In this document: positions 63,845 to 64,000 of the stretch, one piece after another
Layout: every line of letters begins with the position of its first letter
Numbering within the stretch: position 1 is the stretch's first letter
Assembly (NCBI GenBank): GCA_013239625.1
Contig: MU053561.1
Coordinates: 4,093,992-4,157,991 of the forward strand
Direction of reading: 5' to 3'
Origin: Lama guanicoe
Lineage: Eukaryota
DNA length: 64,000 nucleotides
Translations under genes and position numbers: made by a program
Notes under the pieces: model-generated
Seen by the model: only the letters and a program-made list of their open reading frames with translations
The model's database searches: none
Told to the model about the DNA's origin: nothing

Positions 63845-64000
63845 TAATAGGACTGAGACTATGATGACCTTAAATAAGACGGAGCCCTAAAAGAGCAGGA
63901 AGTCTCAAAAATGAGCCTGTCCCTACAGAGTGATGTCAGGAAGAGTGGAGATAACACTAATCTGAAGAGGAGGAAAATCAGCTTTGCAGAGAGGGATGAA

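Overview
This is mammalian genomic DNA, intronic or intergenic, with no recognisable protein-coding exon, rRNA, tRNA or CRISPR array. The listed ORFs look like chance ORFs, or come from repeats or microsatellites. Repeat content: ancient MIR and L2 copies, MaLR/ERVL LTRs, hAT-Charlie MER elements, a MADE-type mariner MITE, old L1M/HAL1 and a few younger cetartiodactyl-type L1 3' ends. No Alu, BovB/Bov-tA or PRE1 was seen, so a cetartiodactyl, probably a camelid, is inferred. Most notable structures: (1) a full-length U6 snRNA/L1 chimeric retrocopy with target-site duplication (TSD) at 50711-51129; (2) an old template-switch inversion with a 110-bp inverted duplication spanning a MER33/MLT junction at 7772-8098; (3) an old L1 whose ORF2 is almost entirely deleted and bridged by a 128-bp fragment of an apparently younger L1 at 20251-20378; (4) a complete MER41-like ERV1 solo LTR nested in a MIR; (5) a GGAA microsatellite with an exact 31-bp higher-order period; (6) candidate enhancers, including five AP-1 sites in 261 bp and a CpG-retaining patch next to tandem TCF/LEF sites. 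I see no convincing evidence of a new biological system. Repeat subfamily names come from recall of consensus sequences and need RepeatMasker/Dfam confirmation.
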